Positions 59,405 to 64,000 of a DNA stretch of 64,000 bases are shown piece by piece. Both the position numbers and the translations under genes were made by a program. Numbering within the stretch: the first letter of the stretch is position 1; each line of letters begins with the position of its first letter. Source of the DNA: the human T2T-CHM13v2.0 reference genome, Homo sapiens; the NCBI RefSeq assembly GCF_009914755.1, contig NC_060928.1. The stretch is one strand, 5' to 3'. The notes beneath the pieces were generated by a model. That model was given only the letters and a program-made list of their open reading frames with translations. It ran no database searches and was not told the DNA's origin.

Positions 59405-60110
59405 TGTGGGATAAACCAGGATAAATACAGAATAATATATAAAATATTTCTGGAAAGATAAACATAAAATGTATATCAATTTGCTATAGAGGCTCTGATA
59501 TTGTGACATATAGATATGGATAGATACAGATATAGATATAGATATAGATATAGATATAGATATAGATATAAATAAAGATATAGATACTTGGTCTTCCCCC
59601 AGGTTTCCTGACACAGCTCCTAAAACCCTTGGAATCTCAGGAGTGTTAAGTGTCATTTGTATGCTAATGAGATGACAGGTGTCTGGCTGCCCCTGGGTGA
59701 ATTCAGGATGCAGGTCATTTACAAGAAAGACCAAGGCAAAATTAGAGGTTTAGGGCTTTCAGGTCCACCCTCCAAAACCAGGAAGGGGAGAAAGACTAAA
59801 AGTTAAGTCGATCACCAATGGCCATTGATTTAATCAGTCATACCTACATATGGCACTTCTATAAAAATCCAAAAGGATTGGTTTCCAGGGGATTCTGGGT
59901 AGCTAAACATGTGGAGGTTCCTGCAAGATAATGCTGCTGGAAAAGGAATGGAAGCCTCACGGCTCTTCCCTCATGCTTACCCTGCACACCTCTTCCATCT
60001 GACTATTCATCTGTATTCCTTCGTAATATCCTTTATAATAAGTGGGTAAATATACATAAAGTGTTTCCTTGAGTTCTGTGAGTGCTATAGCAAATTAATA
60101 AAACCCAGGA
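59405..60110 (+). mobile_element. MER21-like LTR
   Basis: 'ggtttcctgacacagctcctaaaacccttggaat...tatgctaatgagatgac...aagaccaaggc...tcaccaatggcc...gagttctgtgag'; left boundary uncertain. Confidence 0.8.
59507..59588. repeat. (ATATAG)n hexanucleotide microsatellite
   Basis: gatatagatatagatatag... Confidence 0.92.
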
Positions 60111-60168
60111 AGTATGGAAAGCAAAATCCAAGCAGACTTCAGAGGAAAGCCTTTTTATAAACTACATA

Positions 60169-60475
60169 CAGTCATATGTCACTTAACAATGGCAATATAT
60201 TCTGAGAAATGCATTGTGATTTTATTATTACATGAACATCATAGAGTGTACTTACACAAACCTAGATGATATAGCCATATGTTATAGCCTATTGTTCTTA
60301 GGCTATGAACCTTAACAGCATGTTACTGCACTGAATATTATAAGCAGTTGTGATACAAGGTAAGTATTTAAACAGAAAAAAATATAGTAAAAATGGGATA
60401 TTCTAAACTTATGGTACCACTGTCATATATGTGGTCCCTTATTGACCAAAATGTCATTATATAGGCATATGACTA
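60169..60475. mobile_element. Tigger3/MER7-like Tc1-mariner MITE
   Basis: TIRs CAGTCATATG...CATATGACTA flanked by TA dinucleotides; 'catcatagagtgtacttacacaaacctagatg'. Confidence 0.88.
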
Positions 60476-60519
60476 TAATATTGCCTTTATAAACTCATTT
60501 GGGCATCCTCAGTTTATTT

Positions 60520-60760
60520 TATAGAACCCTGTTCTTATCATTTATAGTATTCATCACAATATATAATTATACATTTAGTTATTATCTTATTGATTTAGTA
60601 TTTGTCTTTCCTTTGGTCTCTGACTCCTAGTAGACTGGGCCATGTATGCATATATACCTTCTGGCAAAGAGAAGGATCACCATAAAGATGTGTTGGCTAT
60701 ATGACTGACTGACTGACTGAAGGAATGAATAGATGAATGAACAAAGGGACAGGTGAATGA
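60520..60760 (+). mobile_element. L2 3' end with (TGAC/TGAA)n tail
   Basis: 'tttatagtattcatcacaat...tgactgactgactgaaggaatgaat'. Confidence 0.5.
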
Positions 60761-61102
60761 ACTCAGAAAAAAATTATTAACAATTATTTTACCTGACATT
60801 ATCATCATTTTTTTCAATCAAAACTATTGCTTTTGTAGTGTTTTTTGAATACCAAGTTAACCAAGGAAACTTTGGTCACTTATAGTCACTCTAATGGATA
60901 AATTTAAAAGGATTTGTGGCACCTATCAATTGCTGTCTACACCTAATGAACCTCAACTCTATTTTACTGCCTGAATAGAATTGATTGCCTTTTTTTATAA
61001 TCACACAGCAAAGTTCTTATATATTCTATCAGTAGATACTACCCATACCACTTACCTCGGATTCCTGGCAGGTAATGCCCTAAATCACATTCACAATGAT
61101 TT

Positions 61103-62032
61103 TGCTACCAAAACACTAGGGGTTTGTTCTAGGTCCCATTGCTTATTGCACAGAAAGCCAATCACTGAGATAAAAAGTCATGTCAGGGAAGAAGGCTTTA
61201 TTTGGGTGCTATAGCCAAGGAGATGGAAGATCAGTCTCAAATCCATCTCCTCTACCATCTAAAATTAGGAGTTTAAATAGCAGGGAAGCACCACGTTTGT
61301 GAAAACAGAAGTTAGGAAGGGGTGAGGAAGAAGCTTTGAAGCTTAAGAAGCCTTCAACAGAAAGCAGGTGGGCATTTAAGGCAATCATGACGGGAGAGGG
61401 GTTTGGCATGTCCTTGACCAGATGTGGTGATCTGATAAACTTCAAGTTTCACGATACTATCTTGGAGGCCTGATGGTTGGTGAATTAGGCTATTCTTGCA
61501 TTGCTATAAAAACATACCCAAGACTGGGTAGTTTAATAAGAAAAAATGTTTTATTGCCTCAGAGTTGTGCAGGCTGCACAGGAAGCATGGTGCTGGCATC
61601 TGCTTGGCTCCTGGGGAGGCCTACGGGAGCGTTTACTTGTGGTGGAAGGCAAAGTGGGAGCAGGCACGCTATATAGCAAGAGCAGGAAGCTAGGCAGTGG
61701 ATAGAGGTGCCACACACATTTAAACAACCAGATCTCATGAGAACTCGCTATCACAAGGACAGCACCAAGGGAGTGGCACTAAACCATTTAGGAGAAACCT
61801 ATTCTCATGATCCAGTCACCTCCCACCAGGTTCTACTTCTAACATTGGGGATTACAATTCAACATGTGATTTAGAGGGAACAACATCCAAACAATATCAG
61901 TTGGTGTCCTGAGAAGGGAACTCAAATAAGGCAAATGCAATTTTATACATTTTGGGACTGAGAGAGTCAATTTCTATATTTATTCAAAGTAATCCATAAC
62001 ATTAGCTGTATGGGACAATAGGGCTGGTTTCC
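61103..62032 (-). mobile_element. MER31-like ERV1 solo LTR, interrupted by an MST LTR; 4-bp TSD ATTT
   Basis: 'tgctaccaaaacactaggggtt...gcacagaaagccaatcactgaga...cagtctcaaatccatctcc' through '...gggctggtttc'. Confidence 0.8.
61481..61899 (-). mobile_element. MSTB/MSTA-like MaLR solo LTR with TSD GTTGG
   Basis: 'tgaattaggctattcttgcattgctataaa...caacatccaaacaatatca'; GTTGG at 61476-61480 and 61900-61904. Confidence 0.92.
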
Positions 62033-63349
62033 ATTTCATCTCCTCAGTCCATATGACAAACAGTAACATAACAGTATTGGCCTCAGCATGGAAAAATTAC
62101 TATTTTATACTGTCCTCAAAACTATGTAGGGGAATTGGTGGTGATGTTGAAAAAGAGTACAAAGTTGGTAGAAGTTTAGGAAAGTAAAAACTAGAAAGAC
62201 AGTTTTATAAAAGCAAGTCCTTCGAATTATCTAAAGAATACTTCTCTTATGCTATTCAGTGACATTTTTCTCACTGTTACCAATTCCTCAACACCTCACT
62301 CATGAATTTTTAAATTTGAAAGTATCCGTTGTACCTTATTAATCTGTAGCCACCTTAATGTAAGATGCTGGAATAGTGGTCAGGCCTCATGGGGAAGGGC
62401 ACATAATACATATTTAGGCCCTATACCCAGGTCAAATTGTTCTGTGTGAGGGACATGGCATGCATGAGCAGCAAGTGGGCAGAGATAGTTAACAGGGAGA
62501 GGGAGTCAGCTTGCCATGGAGGGCTGTGTGCAGGAGACAAAGAGGAAGGTATTTCAGGTGCTTCTCAGAGGGGAAAGAGTCAGGAAAACAGAGATATTCC
62601 TAAAGCCAATTTTAGAAAACTTTCTCTATGGTTTACATGCACTCAACTTCAAGATGTTTAATAATATCTAAATTATTCTATTAGTTCTTTGAGTTCAGAC
62701 TTTTCTCTCTTCATTTGTGACTCTGCAGAGTTTGGGCCCATGAAGGAGCGGAAAAGCTCTGTGGGACCCATACATGATTCTGTTCCTTGACATTTTTATA
62801 TAGAAGGCATTTTAAAATTGTTTTTTTGACTCAACAAACTACTTGAAAGTAAAGAGTAGTAAGCATGCAGTCCTGGAAATAAAACAATAAGGTCTGTTTT
62901 TTTTCCCTAAGAAAAATGGAGATGTCAATGTGAGATGACTTATTTGTGGTTATATTTAGATTATCTCATAAAAGATTAACTCACAAAAGATATTTAGAGT
63001 ATCTCACAGAAGAAAAAGGTTGTATTTAGATCATCCCACAAAAGAATGCAATGCATTCCAAATTCTAATGTTTAGCAGGGAGATATTAAATAAATATATA
63101 CAATAAAAGATGATTACTAAAAAATAGAATATATTATTTTATTCAAAACACAAAAGATTTATAAGAGCACAAAAATGGTAACTTTCTATTAACACCTGTT
63201 AATAGCAAAACTGAATTAAAGGAGTTGTGGCAAGATACCCCTTGTTGGGATGAAATTCAAATCTACATCACGTGGGTGACCCACACCCATGAACAGCAAC
63301 TAGCCCTTCCCCACAATGATGCAGCAGCTGATGTAATAAAATTGAAAGT

Positions 63350-63570
63350 TGTGTGTGTGGGTTTGTATATGTATAAACATATATGCTTTTATATATACTT
63401 ATATGTTTTCCTTTGCAGGATATATGTGTATGTGTATATATGTATGCATGTGTTTCTGTTATCCTATAAAATATACACACATATATACGTTTATCCTATA
63501 AAAACATATATATTTATATAAACATATATATGTGTTTTTTTGTAGGATATACACACGTACTACATACACA
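63350..63570. repeat. (TA/TG/CA)n low-complexity tract
   Basis: Alternating purine-pyrimidine runs. Confidence 0.85.
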
Positions 63571-64000
63571 TAAAATAATGCATAATGAAGTTTTAGTTGA
63601 GTCTCAATAAACTTTCAATCTGAGACCAAGTTTTACCCCTTTAAAACCTTGGGACTGGTTGCAAAATGCCAACATTGATAGGAAAAGTTTTGTAAAATGA
63701 AAATTAACATGCACTGCTGCCCATACTCTTCACTTCCTCTAAACATATGATGAAACAGAGATTGCTATGTGAGAGTATTTAAATCAAAGAGGATAATGCA
63801 CTGTCTCAATAAACAGAGATAACATTTCAGTTGAGTTTTGAGACTAAGCAGAAAGTTTTCAAAGAAAAACAGAGAAAGGGCATTACCTATTAGAAAAAAA
63901 AAACAGAATTGCTTGGAGTCATCAACATAGCATGAAATTCTTGAGGACATGGGTTGCTTCTAACTCATTCATGGACAGTCAAGCAAATAGATGTTGCTTA

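Noticed and set aside
59402-59734. ORF with an ISISIS repeat
   Set aside because: Translation of the (ATATAG)n microsatellite within an LTR.
62948-63045. Spaced ~25-bp repeats as a CRISPR-like array
   Set aside because: The repeats are degenerate, the spacers are irregular and very short, there are no cas genes, and the DNA is primate.

Overview
AT-rich, CpG-poor human (or great-ape) genomic DNA with no credible cellular protein-coding gene, rRNA, tRNA or CRISPR array. Much of it is interspersed repeat: Alu (J/S/Y), old L2/MIR/L1M fragments, solo LTRs (MSTA, MSTB, THE1D, MLT1A/MSTD, MLT2, MER21, MER31, MER34/39-like) and DNA transposon relics. A decayed full-length L1PA7-like element (+, ~47.3-53.8 kb) lies tail-to-tail, ~140 bp apart, with a 5'-truncated young L1PA2-like element (-, ~54.0-58.0 kb). 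The main non-repeat signal is a chain of + strand splice and polyA signals suggesting a spliced lncRNA: exon 1 in an MSTA LTR (~3.8-3.9 kb), exons at 37925-38100 and 39379-~39615, and optional exons at 17913-18109 and 30985-31089. From memory this resembles the prostate/retina transcript PCAT4 (GDEP/PCAN1, 4q21); this is unverified. Also notable: a templated, TSD-less 5' junction in the young L1, a 127-bp young L1 3' stub with a perfect TSD, and a ~120-bp dispersed duplication with a near-identical core. All repeat family names come from recalled consensus sequences, not from a search. I found no evidence of a wholly new biological system.
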